64,000 bases of DNA from Alphaproteobacteria bacterium (GTDB lineage: Bacteria; Pseudomonadota; Alphaproteobacteria; MPNO01; UBA830). Under the pieces are notes generated by a model. That model saw only the letters and a program-made list of their open reading frames with translations, made no database searches and was not told where the DNA came from. This document shows positions 29,761 to 39,077 of this stretch, piece by piece. Position 1 is the first letter of the stretch, and each line of letters begins with the position of its first letter. Location: contig OZ251539.1 of the NCBI GenBank assembly GCA_965243135.1, positions 544,001 through 608,000 on the forward strand, read 5' to 3'. The position numbers and the translations under genes are program-made.

Positions 29761-32042
29761 CAGGTCACCGCGGCCTTGTACATCCCGCGGTGGTCGAGCG
29801 CGGCGCCGCCGTAGATGTGCCGGATCTTGTAGGTGATCTGGTCGTTCGTGAAGAGCGAGCCCACCGACGGGCTGTCCTGCACGAATATCTGCGGCTCGGT
29901 CTCCGCGTCCAGGAAGCCGATCTCGACGGTCGGCACGTCCATCGGATCCGCGACGACGAACCAGTCGTTCGCGTCGGTGAATTCGGGGACCGGGATCACC
30001 TCGAGCGAGAGCGTCTGCACGAACGTCCGGTCGTTCTCGGTGTTGCGCCGGAAGATGTTGACCGCCGCCTCCTCGAGGTCGAACGGCACGAGCAGATACC
30101 TGGGGCCGATCCCGAGCTTCTTGTCGGACGTCAGCTCGGTCTGCTTCACCATCGCGAGCCGCGCCGCCGCGAGGCTCGCGCCGCTCAGGGCGGCGGTGCC
30201 GAGGTTGCCGTGCGTCCCGTGGAAGAGGGCCACGTTGTCCTGCAAGTCGGCGTTGTCGATCAGGAAGTCGGCGGCGAACTTCGAGACGGTCCGCTTCGCG
30301 GCGCGCGACAGCATCCGGGGCAGCCGCTGCACCGCCATGACGTCGTCGTTCTTGATCGCCTCCAGCGTGATGTTCTCCGTGCCGCCGCGCTTGGTGACCG
30401 CGTAATCCTCCTTCTCGTCGGCCGGCGACCCGAGGGGTCCGTAGGCCCCGCCCTCGGCGACGCCCGGCAGGTCGCCGTAGCCGCCCCAGCGGATGCGGTG
30501 GTTCGCCCGGAAATCCGTGGTCGTGGCGACCGAGCACCACTTCGTCCAGCCGTCGTAGATCGCGGTCTCCCGGTAGTCGGCGAGCATCCGCTTCCGCATC
30601 GCGTCGACCAGCAGTTCGCCCATCGTCGCGGTGCTGAGCGCCTCCCTCAGCCGGAACGCCTCGCGGACGACGGCCGGGTCGCAGCTCTCGAGGCGGCCGG
30701 TGACCTTCCGGTCGCCCGTGCACTGGACGTAGGCCTCCTTCACCGAGACGCAGGACTTGTCGTTCGGGTCGAAGAAGGCGTCCCACATCTTGCCGACCTT
30801 CTCCGCGAACCCCTCGGTGACCTCGACGCGGGTCTCGCCCAGGCCGGTGACCTGACCCGCCGGCGCGATCTCCGCGAGGTAGGCCCGCTCGGCGTCGATC
30901 GCGCGCTTCACGGCGTCGGCGCCCAGGCCGCCGATCTCCGCGCGGCCGAACGATTCGCGGAGCCTGGCCTGCGCCGGGCCGGGCAGCGCCGACGCGGCCA
31001 CCGCCTCGCGCGCCGCGGCGCGCGCCTCGATCAGCCGGACCCGGTCGTCGACCGCGCCGACGGCGAGGCTGCGCACCCGCGACTCGGTCAGCCCGCCGTC
31101 CGGCGGCGGATTCTCCGGCGCCGCCAGCGCCTCGCGATAGAGCGCCTCGAGCCCCTCGTCGTCGTCCGCGTCGAGCGCCTCCAGCCGGGCCTTGCCCAGT
31201 CGCGCCTCCACAAGTCTCTTCATGCGCTCGCGCATGGCGTCGTCTCCCTGTTGCCGTTCGTGGACCGATTCGATGAGGTCGAGGATCGCGCCGCCGGCCG
31301 ACGGCTCGACCACGAGGTCGACCGAATCGACCCGCTCGATCGATTCGACGATGTTGACGCGGCGGCCGTCGACCGTCGCGGACCGCCCGCGGCCCGCCGC
31401 CACGATGGACAGGCCGAGGATCGGCTTCGCGGCGGCGGATCCGATCATGCCGGCGGCGTGGGCCTCGCGCAGCTTCGCCGCGATCGGGCCGTCGGGCTCG
31501 ATCAACTCCAGCACGCCGCGGATCTCGCCGGCGCCGCCGGCGGCGTAGCTCGCCTCGGCGATCCGCCCGACGAGCGCCGAGACCGACGTGTCGCGGCCCC
31601 GGAGGTGGTCCTCGTCGGACCGCGCCAGCACCCGCGCGCCCTCGACCAGCGGCGCCGCGCCCTCGAGCGCGTCCGCCGTGTAGAAGTTCCCGTTCCTGCT
31701 CAGGCCGCCGCGGATCACCCGCACCGCCCAGCGGCCGCGCCGGTCCCCCTCCGCCTCGACGATCCCGCCGGGGATCGCCGCCTCGGCCATCGGGACCTCG
31801 CGGAACGTCTCCTCGACGCGGACCGGGTTCGTCAGGTCGGCGCCGCCGTCGTCGCGCAGCCGGTAGTCGTAGCGCGTGAGCACGCTGCCGTCGGACACCA
31901 CGACCTGGTCGGGGTCCTGGAACAGCGCGCAGATCCAGCGCCAGTTCGGCCCGTCGCCGTCCTCGGCCCGCAGCGTCTTGTGGACCGCGTCGCGGCGCTG
32001 CTCGAACGACCCGGCCGCCGCCTCCGCGACGCGCCCGGTCAC
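29760..32042 (-). CDS. Protease-scaffold-major capsid fusion (Mu gpT-like capsid domain)
   Basis: GLSRNGNFY..H..GLSI..SVDLVVEPSAGG protease motifs; TLEAIKNDD, LFHGTHGNL, YKIRHIYG capsid motifs. Confidence 0.85.
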   Translation of the reverse strand: MTGRVAEAAAGSFEQRRDAVHKTLRAEDGDGPNWRWICALFQDPDQVVVSDGSVLTRYDYRLRDDGGADLTNPVRVEETFREVPMAEAAIPGGIVEAEGDRRGRWAVRVIRGGLSRNGNFYTADALEGAAPLVEGARVLARSDEDHLRGRDTSVSALVGRIAEASYAAGGAGEIRGVLELIEPDGPIAAKLREAHAAGMIGSAAAKPILGLSIVAAGRGRSATVDGRRVNIVESIERVDSVDLVVEPSAGGAILDLIESVHERQQGDDAMRERMKRLVEARLGKARLEALDADDDEGLEALYREALAAPENPPPDGGLTESRVRSLAVGAVDDRVRLIEARAAAREAVAASALPGPAQARLRESFGRAEIGGLGADAVKRAIDAERAYLAEIAPAGQVTGLGETRVEVTEGFAEKVGKMWDAFFDPNDKSCVSVKEAYVQCTGDRKVTGRLESCDPAVVREAFRLREALSTATMGELLVDAMRKRMLADYRETAIYDGWTKWCSVATTTDFRANHRIRWGGYGDLPGVAEGGAYGPLGSPADEKEDYAVTKRGGTENITLEAIKNDDVMAVQRLPRMLSRAAKRTVSKFAADFLIDNADLQDNVALFHGTHGNLGTAALSGASLAAARLAMVKQTELTSDKKLGIGPRYLLVPFDLEEAAVNIFRRNTENDRTFVQTLSLEVIPVPEFTDANDWFVVADPMDVPTVEIGFLDAETEPQIFVQDSPSVGSLFTNDQITYKIRHIYGGAALDHRGMYKAAVT

Positions 32043-32278
32043 CGCGACCTCGCGGCGGCCTTCACCGCCCACATCGCGGCGCCCTCGACGCCGTCCTCCG
32101 CCAGCGCCTTCAGCCGCGCGACCTCCCGTCCGCGTCCGCCCGGCGGCTCGGGGATCTCGCCGATCCGGTCGATCAGCTGCGCCGCGAGGCGCTTGATCCC
32201 GTCGATCCTGCCGTCGCCCGACGGGTTGAAGTCGACCCCGACGCGGGCCTCGCCGCGCGTCCCGCCCGCGACGCTCAT
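32039..32278 (-). CDS. Small helical-hairpin protein, possibly Acb2/Tad1-like
   Basis: RVGVDFNPSG..IKRLAAQLID..RLKALA..EGAAMWAVKAA; coupled to both neighbours. Confidence 0.5.
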   Translation of the reverse strand: MSVAGGTRGEARVGVDFNPSGDGRIDGIKRLAAQLIDRIGEIPEPPGGRGREVARLKALAEDGVEGAAMWAVKAAARSR

Positions 32279-32733
32279 TCCGGCGGCTCCTTCGGCGGCC
32301 CTTCCGGCCGCGCCGCCTCCCAGGCGGCGTCGCGCTCGGCCGCGGTCACGTCCGGCAGCCCCGCCGCCGCGCCCAGCGCGTCCGGCGTCGGCTTGCCGCC
32401 CCGCGTCCAGGCGTCCTCGTCGTCCGCGTCGAGCGTCGGGACCGCGTCGCGCAGCAGCCCCGCGCGGTCCACCGCCGCCTGCGGCGGCGGCGCGTCCTCG
32501 GCGTAGACGTCGACCGCGCGGTCCGGGAAGATCCGGTACTTCCGCCCGCCGATCGTCGTCACGCCGACGTACAGGGGGTTGCCGTCGTTCGGCCGAAAGA
32601 CGGCGCTCAGCACGCAGTCGGCGGGCTTCCCGTAGCCGAGCTTCCGCTCGGCCTCCGTGGGTTCCAGGTTCAGGATCTTCGCGATCGCCGCGCGGGTCGG
32701 CATCTTCTCGAGGACATTCTTCGGTATCGACAT
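32275..32733 (-). CDS. Head-associated protein with C-terminal WTxxGKP..TAAERDAAW domain
   Basis: RBS GGAGG; first gene of the leftward late operon. Confidence 0.55.
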   Translation of the reverse strand: MSIPKNVLEKMPTRAAIAKILNLEPTEAERKLGYGKPADCVLSAVFRPNDGNPLYVGVTTIGGRKYRIFPDRAVDVYAEDAPPPQAAVDRAGLLRDAVPTLDADDEDAWTRGGKPTPDALGAAAGLPDVTAAERDAAWEAARPEGPPKEPPE

Positions 32734-32782
32734 TCGGGCCTCCGTGCGAATCGGACATGTTTCGCACGGAAGGGCGGCGGCG

Positions 32783-32808
32783 GTTCAGGGGAGAAATATC
32801 CCCTGAAC
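32783..32808. promoter_or_regulatory. Perfect palindrome upstream of the leftward late operon
   Basis: GTTCAGGGGA-GAAATA-TCCCCTGAAC; related site at 49051-49073. Confidence 0.6.
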
Positions 32809-32940
32809 GAAGGCCCCGGAAACGCGCTATTCAGGCGACGCGGAATCCCGAGAGGGGCGGCGCGAAGGGTCAGGGCTGGGCGCGGCGGAAGCCGGGGGAG
32901 CCGCGCCGCGAAGCAACGCCCCGGCGGCCCGCCGCCCCGC

Positions 32941-32974
32941 ACAAGAAGAAGGCCCCGCCGGCGGCGGGGCCTTC
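32941..32974 (-). terminator. Intrinsic terminator insulating the late operon
   Basis: 12-bp stem GAAGGCCCCGCC/GGCGGGGCCTTC followed by TTCTTGT on the minus strand. Confidence 0.75.
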
Positions 32975-32988
32975 GCCCGTCCGGACGG

Positions 32989-33183
32989 TCAGGCGGCGAG
33001 CAACCCCAACACCGTCAGCGCGATCACCGCCCAGAAGAAAAACGACAGCGTCCCCGACGCTACGTCGGCGCACACGCCGAGCCACGCCTCCGGCTTCTCC
33101 GGCCCGGGCGCGCCGCAATGGGGGCACGCCTTCGCCGAGCGGGCGACCGGGCCGGAGCACTCGCGGCAATCGACCAGCGTCAT
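32989..33183 (-). CDS. Zinc-ribbon membrane protein
   Basis: CREC..CPHCG plus C-terminal TM helix. Confidence 0.7.
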   Translation of the reverse strand: MTLVDCRECSGPVARSAKACPHCGAPGPEKPEAWLGVCADVASGTLSFFFWAVIALTVLGLLAA

Positions 33184-33371
33184 TTCCCCTCTCCCCGCCT
33201 GTCCGCGTCCAGGATCGCGGGCATGACCGAATCCGCGACGACGCCCGCGGCCGCTGACAGGTCGGCCACGCACTCGTTGCGGTAGACCGGAACCTGGCGG
33301 CCGGTGACGCGGGCCGTGACCCGCCAGCCGCCCGATTCCCTCGCCCGGATGTTGATCGTGTAGTCGGGCAT
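33180..33371 (-). CDS. 63-aa hypothetical protein
   Basis: Purine-rich RBS GGGGAGAAGGA; ATGA overlap with the next gene. Confidence 0.6.
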   Translation of the reverse strand: MPDYTINIRARESGGWRVTARVTGRQVPVYRNECVADLSAAAGVVADSVMPAILDADRRGEGK

Positions 33372-33385
33372 TTCCTTCTCCCCTT

Positions 33386-33425
33386 CGCGTATACAGTATA
33401 TATGCGCGGCGTGCGCGCGGCGCAA
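33386..33425 (-). promoter_or_regulatory. Putative sigma70 promoter with overlapping imperfect palindrome
   Basis: TTGCGC-17 bp-TATATA; palindrome CGCGTATACAGTATATATGCG at 33386-33406. Confidence 0.5.
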
Positions 33426-33448
33426 GGGGCCGGGGGAGAAATTTTCGG

Positions 33449-34096
33449 CTATTCGATGCCGCCAGTCGGGCCGAACGTCCTCATCGCCCAACGAATTTCG
33501 CCCAGGATGCGGGTGCTTTCGGGCCAGTCCCATTCGGCAGTGTCGGCGACATACTGACGCCACTCGCCCGTCGGCGAGCGTCTTGCCCGCGCCACTTCTA
33601 TGCCTCGGTCGGCGCAGAACAGATACAGACGTCCGGCGCGGCGGGTGCGGCCCTGGGCGCTCAAGTCGATCAATAGCCAGCACGGGCCGATCAGGTCGGG
33701 GGTCCAAGCCCCGTCGTATCTGACGACAGCGCACCGCGACGGGCTGAGTTGTTGCGTCAACATCCAGTCGCGACCGAAATACTGATAGCCGGTCACGGGA
33801 GCGTCCTTTATCTCCACGTTGTTGACCCCGATTGGCACGGTGACCGCGTGGACCGGCACCCTGTGCACAGCGTGCATTTCGCCGTCGTCCGGCCGACCCA
33901 CCCCGTTCACGAGCCAAACATCGCTGACCCGGAACGCTTGCGCGTAGCGTTCGGCCACCGCCAGCCGAATGCCCCTGGAGCCGTTTTCGTGGCCGCAATA
34001 GGTCCCGACCGGCCAGCCGAACCCCTCCGCAGCTGCGGCGGCGCTCCCGAACCCGGCTCTGATTCGCGCCGACTTGAGTCGTTCGTGAATGGTCAT
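33449..34096 (-). CDS. CI-like XRE repressor with degenerate S24-like C-terminal domain
   Basis: HERLKSARIRAGF..HENGSR..WLVNG HTH; divergent from cro-like gene. Confidence 0.8.
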   Translation of the reverse strand: MTIHERLKSARIRAGFGSAAAAAEGFGWPVGTYCGHENGSRGIRLAVAERYAQAFRVSDVWLVNGVGRPDDGEMHAVHRVPVHAVTVPIGVNNVEIKDAPVTGYQYFGRDWMLTQQLSPSRCAVVRYDGAWTPDLIGPCWLLIDLSAQGRTRRAGRLYLFCADRGIEVARARRSPTGEWRQYVADTAEWDWPESTRILGEIRWAMRTFGPTGGIE

Positions 34097-34099
34097 GCG

Positions 34100-34169
34100 C
34101 TATGCATAATGAAAAAATCTATGCAAAACGCATTGACTGGGTCTTTTTCTTCGTCTATGCAAAACGCAT
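34100..34169. promoter_or_regulatory. cI/cro divergent promoter-operator region
   Basis: ATGCAAAACGCAT twice (34121-34133, 34157-34169) plus a variant near 34102; TTGACT-17 bp-TATGCA. Confidence 0.8.
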
Positions 34170-34359
34170 GGACAAGCAAAACCATGCGGCCGAATTCGCG
34201 GCGATCCGCAGAAATCTGGGCATGTCGCAGCAGCAGATGGGCGCCGAACTCGGAGTCCACCAGACCACGGTTATGCGATGGGAAAAAGGAATCCAGCCGA
34301 TTCGGCGCGTCTTCCTCATCGCCGCACGGAAACTGACGATCGATCGGGACGCCGCATGA
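34168..34359 (+). CDS. Cro-like HTH protein
   Basis: IRRNLGMSQQQMGAELGVHQTTVMRWEKG. Confidence 0.85.
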   Translation: MDKQNHAAEFAAIRRNLGMSQQQMGAELGVHQTTVMRWEKGIQPIRRVFLIAARKLTIDRDAA

Positions 34360-34691
34360 CGAGGCCGCGCCGCAAGACGGAGCGCGCCTTCGTCCGGGCG
34401 GCGAAGGAATCGGCGACCGGGCGTCCGGACGGCCTCGGCGGCCGGGCGGCGGTCCTGCGGGCGATCCGCGACCTGGCCGCCGAGAAGCGCCGCGGCTCGC
34501 TCACGGAGATCCGCTACCGCCTGACCGTGACGCTCGGCCGCGACGCGTCCCTCGACGCCGTCTGGCGGCAGCTGCAGGCCGCCGTGCGCGACGGCCATCT
34601 CGCCGAGAACAGGTACATGCTGTCGTCGCGCGGCGTCCTCTGCACATGGGAGCTGACGGACGCGGGCGCGGCGGCGTTGGAGGCGGCATGA
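34356..34691 (+). CDS. Winged-helix-like protein
   Basis: ATGA coupling; C-terminal WELTDAG. Confidence 0.55.
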   Translation: MTRPRRKTERAFVRAAKESATGRPDGLGGRAAVLRAIRDLAAEKRRGSLTEIRYRLTVTLGRDASLDAVWRQLQAAVRDGHLAENRYMLSSRGVLCTWELTDAGAAALEAA

Positions 34692-35572
34692 AGCTCCCCC
34701 GCTGGACCCCCGCCGAGGACGGCGCGATGCGCCGGATGTGGAGCGAAGGGCGGCCGATCGACGAGATCGCCGCCGCGGTCGGGCGCACCTATCACGCGGT
34801 GGTCGAGCGGCGGAAGAGGCTCGGCCTGCCCGGGCGGCCGGGCGGCGGGCGGCCCCGCGACGGGGCGCGCGACGACGAGTTGCGGCGGCTGTGGAGCGAG
34901 GGCGCGACGACCATCGAGGCCGCGGCGGCGCTGGGCATGTCGAAGACCGGGGTCGACGGCTGGCGCAGGGCGCTCGGCCTGCCGGCGCGCCAGAAGGGGA
35001 ACCGCACGGTGCCCGAAGAGCGCGACGACGAGTTGCGGCGGCTGTGGAGCGAGGGCCGGACGTCGGCCGAGATAGGGCGGGCGCTGGGGCTGTCGGCCGA
35101 CGGCGTGCGTTCGCGCCGGGTGCTGCTCGGCCTGCCGGCGCGGCCGCGAGGCCGCCCGGGCCCCCGCGACAGGGTGCGCGACGACGAGTTGCGGCGGCTG
35201 TGGAGCGAGGGCGCGACGACCATCGAGGCCGCGGCGGCGCTGGGCGTGTCGAGGAGCGCGGTCGACGGCCGGCGCAGGGCGCTCGGCCTGCCGGCGCGGC
35301 GGAGGACGGGCCGCCCGCGGGCGGCCGCGCCGGCGGCCCCGGGCGCCGCCCCGCCGCCGGCCCCGGTCGGCGAACCCGCGGCCTTCGCCCCGCGCTGGCC
35401 GTCGGGGCTGACGATCCGCGACGTCCCGGGGCCGCCGCCGGCGACCTGCCAGTGGATCGACGGCGACCCGCGCCGCCGGGGCTTCTGCGGCGCGCCCGTC
35501 GCCGGACGCGACAGGCCGGCGCCGTACTGCGAAGAGCACCTGGCGCGGGCCTACCGGCGGGGGACGGCCTGA
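34688..35572 (+). CDS. GcrA-like regulator with four tandem HTH repeats
   Basis: Four (L/M)RR(L/M)WSEG..R..LGLP units; C-terminal TCQWIDGDP..FCG..PYCEEH. Confidence 0.75.
   Translation: MKLPRWTPAEDGAMRRMWSEGRPIDEIAAAVGRTYHAVVERRKRLGLPGRPGGGRPRDGARDDELRRLWSEGATTIEAAAALGMSKTGVDGWRRALGLPARQKGNRTVPEERDDELRRLWSEGRTSAEIGRALGLSADGVRSRRVLLGLPARPRGRPGPRDRVRDDELRRLWSEGATTIEAAAALGVSRSAVDGRRRALGLPARRRTGRPRAAAPAAPGAAPPPAPVGEPAAFAPRWPSGLTIRDVPGPPPATCQWIDGDPRRRGFCGAPVAGRDRPAPYCEEHLARAYRRGTA
34867..35245 (+). repeat. Intragenic direct repeats encoding the HTH units
   Basis: 70-bp identical copies at 34867-34936 and 35176-35245; 37-bp partial copy at 35020-35056. Confidence 0.9.
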
Positions 35573-35811
35573 TGCACAGCGCCTCCGTGGAGCGGTCGCC
35601 GCGGCTGCAGCGGGTGCTCGCCGTCCTGGAGGACGGGCGGGAGCATTCGACCAGGGACATCGTGCGGGACGCGGACGTGTGCGCGGTGAACGCCTGCGTC
35701 GCGGAGCTGCGCGACAACGGCTACTGGGTCGAGTGCCGCCAGGAGCGCGGCCCGCTCGGCCGCGTGTGGTGGTACCGGCTGGTCTCTTCGCCCCAGGGAG
35801 GCGCCGCGTGA
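35572..35811 (+). CDS. Small winged-HTH protein
   Basis: RVLAVLEDG..STRDI..VAELRDNG..YRL. Confidence 0.65.
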   Translation: MHSASVERSPRLQRVLAVLEDGREHSTRDIVRDADVCAVNACVAELRDNGYWVECRQERGPLGRVWWYRLVSSPQGGAA

Positions 35812-36485
35812 CGGCCGCGCCGAACCCCGCCGGCGGCGACGCCGGCATGGAGGCGTGGGCGGTCCGCGGCGCGGCGCTGACGAAAGCGCGTGCCGATTCG
35901 CGCTGGGATCTGGCATATTGGTGCGGCGAGGGGTTCGACCGGTGGGGATTGAGCGCCCGCGAAACGGCCGCGAAAATCGGGATTTCGCCCGAGAAATTTT
36001 CCAACTATCTAGCCGTTTCAAGGGCGTACAGGAATTTCGCGCCGCGAAAATCGGTTGATTTCACCCACCATCTCGAGGCCGCGCGCCTCGAAGAGGCGGA
36101 CCGCGAGCGGATCCTCGACGCCGCGGAAGCCGGCGCCTGGACCCGCGACCAGACCCGCGCGGCGGTCCGGGAGGCGTCGACCGAGCGCCGCCTCCGGCGC
36201 CGGATCGCCGACCTCGAGGAGGCGCTCTCCCGCAGCGAGGCCGCCGGCGAGCTGGTCCGGCTCGAACAGACGGCCGACGATTCGATGCGCTCGGTCGAAC
36301 GCGCCTGGCGCGACGTCGAGGACGCCGCGCAGGCGTTCTTCAAGGCCGGCGGCCCGGTGGACTCCCTCCACGGCAACGCCGCCCGGACGGCGCGGAAGCG
36401 CGTCCGCGGCCGCATCGAGAGGCGCGTGGCGCGGGCCAACGCGATCGCCGCGCGGGTCGACGCGCTGCTCGGGGACGACCGATGA
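35808..36485 (+). CDS. LmbU-like DNA-binding protein
   Basis: WDLAYW..VSRAY..DFTHHLEAA..W pattern. Confidence 0.5.
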   Translation: MTAAPNPAGGDAGMEAWAVRGAALTKARADSRWDLAYWCGEGFDRWGLSARETAAKIGISPEKFSNYLAVSRAYRNFAPRKSVDFTHHLEAARLEEADRERILDAAEAGAWTRDQTRAAVREASTERRLRRRIADLEEALSRSEAAGELVRLEQTADDSMRSVERAWRDVEDAAQAFFKAGGPVDSLHGNAARTARKRVRGRIERRVARANAIAARVDALLGDDR

Positions 36486-38149
36486 CGTTCGCGGTCCGTT
36501 TCGGAGGCGCGGCGCCGTCCGAAAGCCTCGCGTGGGACGCCGCGACGGACCGTCAGCGCGAGGCGGCGCGGACGCGGCTGTCGGCCGCCCGGCGCTCCGA
36601 CGAGCTGGCCGCCTCCGGGACGCCCCGCGCGCTCGCCGACGCGGCGGCGGCCCGCGAGATCGCGTCTTCGGCGTCCTCGGTGGCCGCGTGGCGTCGGCGG
36701 ATCCGCGGCCTGCCGCCCGAATCGCAGGCGGCCGCGCTGCTCGACGCGCCGAAGAGCGGGCGGCCCGGCCCGCCGCCGGAGGCCGTGGAGCTGATGGCGG
36801 CGCTGGCCCTGGAGCACGGCCGCCACGTCACCGCGGAGCACGTCCGCCGGGCGATGCGCGTGCGCGGCCTCGCCGTCCCCTCGGCGCGCACCGCGGCGCG
36901 CTGGCTCGGCCGCTGGCGCATGGAGAACGCCCGCGCGATCTCCGCCGTCGAGCACCCCGACCGCCACCGCTCCCTGCGCAAGCCGGCGGCCGGCGACGCG
37001 GCCGCCGTCGTGACGGCGCTGAACGGGCTGTGGGAACTGGACTCCACCCCCGCCGACGTGATGTGCGACCCCGGCGGCCGCCAGGCGGTGGTGGCCGCCG
37101 TCGACGTCTGGTCCAGGCGGGCCAAGGTGCTGGTGGCGCCGGTGTCGCGGTCGGCGGCGATCGCCGCGCTCTTGCGGCGCTGCGTCCTCGACTGGGGCGT
37201 GCCGGCGTGCGCGCGGACCGACGAGGGCGCCGACTACACGTCGAGGCACCTCGCGGAGGTCCTGCGCGACCTCGGCGTCGCGCACGACCGCTGCCCGCCG
37301 TACGCGCCCGAGTCGAAGCCCTTCGTCGAGCGCTTCATCGGCACGTTGAGCCGCGATTTATTCGCGTTCTTGCCCGGTTTCACGGGCCATTCCGTCGCCG
37401 ACGCGCAGGCGATCCGCAACCGGAAGTCGTTCGCCGCCCGCATGGGCGGCGCCGACCCGTGGGGCGTGTCGCTGTCGCCCGAGGACCTCCAGCGGCGCTG
37501 CGACGCCTGGACCGATTCGGTCTACGGGCGGCGGCCGCATTCCGGCCTCGACGGCGATTCGCCGTGGGCGCGGGCCAACGCCTGGACGCGGCCGGTCCGC
37601 CGCGTCCGCGACGAGCGGGCGCTGGACGTCCTCCTGGGCGACGGCGACGCGCGGACGGTGGGCAAGAAGGGGCTGCGGATCGACGGCGGCCTCTACGTCG
37701 CCGCCGAGCTCGGCGACCTGGTCGGCGAGAAGGTGCGGTTCCGCCGCGACCCCGCCGACCTCGGGCGCGTCCTGGTCTACCGCGGCGCGGCGTTCCTGTG
37801 CGTCGCCGAGGACCCGGCGCGGACCGGGGTCGACCGCGCCGCGATCGCCGCCCGGATGAAGGCGCGGGCGCGCGAGGCCGACCGCGAGGCGCGCGGCTGG
37901 GCGCGGGACCTCAAGAAGCGGATCTCTCCGGAGACGGTGATGGACGAGGCGCTCGAGGCGGCGGACGCCGAGGCCGGGCGCGTGGTCGACCTGCCGCGCC
38001 GGGACGAGGCCTGCGAGACGCCGGCGCTGCGCGAGGCGGCGCGGGCGGCCGCCCGTTCGGCGGAGGTGAAGAGCCTGCCGCCGCCGAAGGCGAGGCGCGT
38101 CGTCGACGCGCTGAAGGAGCTTCAGCGAAGGGAGGAGCATAATGGCTGA
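36482..38149 (+). CDS. Mu-like DDE transposase
   Basis: WELDSTPAD, RTDEGADY, PESKPFVERF triad; Y..RPHSGL; C-terminal RTVGKKGLRIDG. Confidence 0.93.
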   Translation: MTFAVRFGGAAPSESLAWDAATDRQREAARTRLSAARRSDELAASGTPRALADAAAAREIASSASSVAAWRRRIRGLPPESQAAALLDAPKSGRPGPPPEAVELMAALALEHGRHVTAEHVRRAMRVRGLAVPSARTAARWLGRWRMENARAISAVEHPDRHRSLRKPAAGDAAAVVTALNGLWELDSTPADVMCDPGGRQAVVAAVDVWSRRAKVLVAPVSRSAAIAALLRRCVLDWGVPACARTDEGADYTSRHLAEVLRDLGVAHDRCPPYAPESKPFVERFIGTLSRDLFAFLPGFTGHSVADAQAIRNRKSFAARMGGADPWGVSLSPEDLQRRCDAWTDSVYGRRPHSGLDGDSPWARANAWTRPVRRVRDERALDVLLGDGDARTVGKKGLRIDGGLYVAAELGDLVGEKVRFRRDPADLGRVLVYRGAAFLCVAEDPARTGVDRAAIAARMKARAREADREARGWARDLKKRISPETVMDEALEAADAEAGRVVDLPRRDEACETPALREAARAAARSAEVKSLPPPKARRVVDALKELQRREEHNG

Positions 38150-39077
38150 AATCCACTCACTGGCCCCGGAAGGCGGGGCGCTCGCCGAGCGCTGCCGCGC
38201 CGAGATGGAGGCGGCGGGACTGTCCGCCGCCCGCGCCGCCCGCGAGGTCGGCGTCTCTTCGGCGACGCTGTCGACCTGGCTGCGCGGCGCCTACAAGGGC
38301 GATTCCGCGAACGTCGCCCGGCGCGTCGAGGCGTGGATCGAGACCCGCCGCGAGGCGGCGCGGCGCTCCCTGGCGCCGGCCGGCCTCGACCGCCACGTCG
38401 ACCTCGGCGTGACCGGCGACGTGGAGGCGGCGCTGGGCCACGCGCAGGCGACCGGCGACATCGCGCTGGTCCACGGGCGCCCGGGCGCGGGCAAGACGTG
38501 GGCGGCCCGGCGGTACTGCGCGTCGCGCGCCGGCACCGCCTACGTCGCCGTCACCGGGGCCACCACCAGCCTCGCCGGGATGCTGTTCCGCGTCGCGGAG
38601 GCCGCCGGCGCCGGCGGCCAGCACCCGTCGGCCCTCGCGGCCGAGACCGCGATCGTGGCGCGGCTGGAGGGCCGGACCGCGCTGCTCGTGGTCGACGAGG
38701 CGCACCACCTGAACGCGCGGCAGCTCGACGAGCTGCGCTGCCTGCGCGACCTCGCCGGATGCGGCCTCGGCCTGCTGGGCGACGATTCGATCCGCCAGAC
38801 GCTGGCGCGCTGCCCGCAGGTGACGGGGCGGACCGGCGTCCGGGTGGCGCTGGGCGCCGCCCCGGAGGCCGACGTGGCGGCGCTGGCGCAGTCCGTCCTC
38901 GGCCGCCGGCCGGCGCGCGAGGAGCGCGCCGCGCTGATGGCGGCGGGGCGGGGTCCGGGCGGCCTCCACGCCCTGCGCCGGCTGCTGGCCGGCGCGTGGC
39001 TGATGGCGCGCGCCGACGGGCGCGGGGCGATCGCGGCCGGCGACCTCGCGGCCGCCGCCGAAAGCGAGGCGGCGTGA
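38142..39077 (+). CDS. MuB-like AAA+ transposition ATPase
   Basis: N-terminal HTH, GRPGAGKT, LLVVDEAHHL. Confidence 0.92.
   Translation: MAEIHSLAPEGGALAERCRAEMEAAGLSAARAAREVGVSSATLSTWLRGAYKGDSANVARRVEAWIETRREAARRSLAPAGLDRHVDLGVTGDVEAALGHAQATGDIALVHGRPGAGKTWAARRYCASRAGTAYVAVTGATTSLAGMLFRVAEAAGAGGQHPSALAAETAIVARLEGRTALLVVDEAHHLNARQLDELRCLRDLAGCGLGLLGDDSIRQTLARCPQVTGRTGVRVALGAAPEADVAALAQSVLGRRPAREERAALMAAGRGPGGLHALRRLLAGAWLMARADGRGAIAAGDLAAAAESEAA

Noticed and set aside
15926-33257. Very long plus-strand ORFs such as 15926-19357 and 29790-33257
   Set aside because: Antisense shadows of real minus-strand genes in very high-GC DNA; Arg/Pro/Gly-rich with no motifs
33391-33403. LexA box-like TACTGTATA
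   Set aside because: Only an enterobacterial-type half site; alphaproteobacterial LexA uses GTTC-N7-GTTC; better explained as a -10 region
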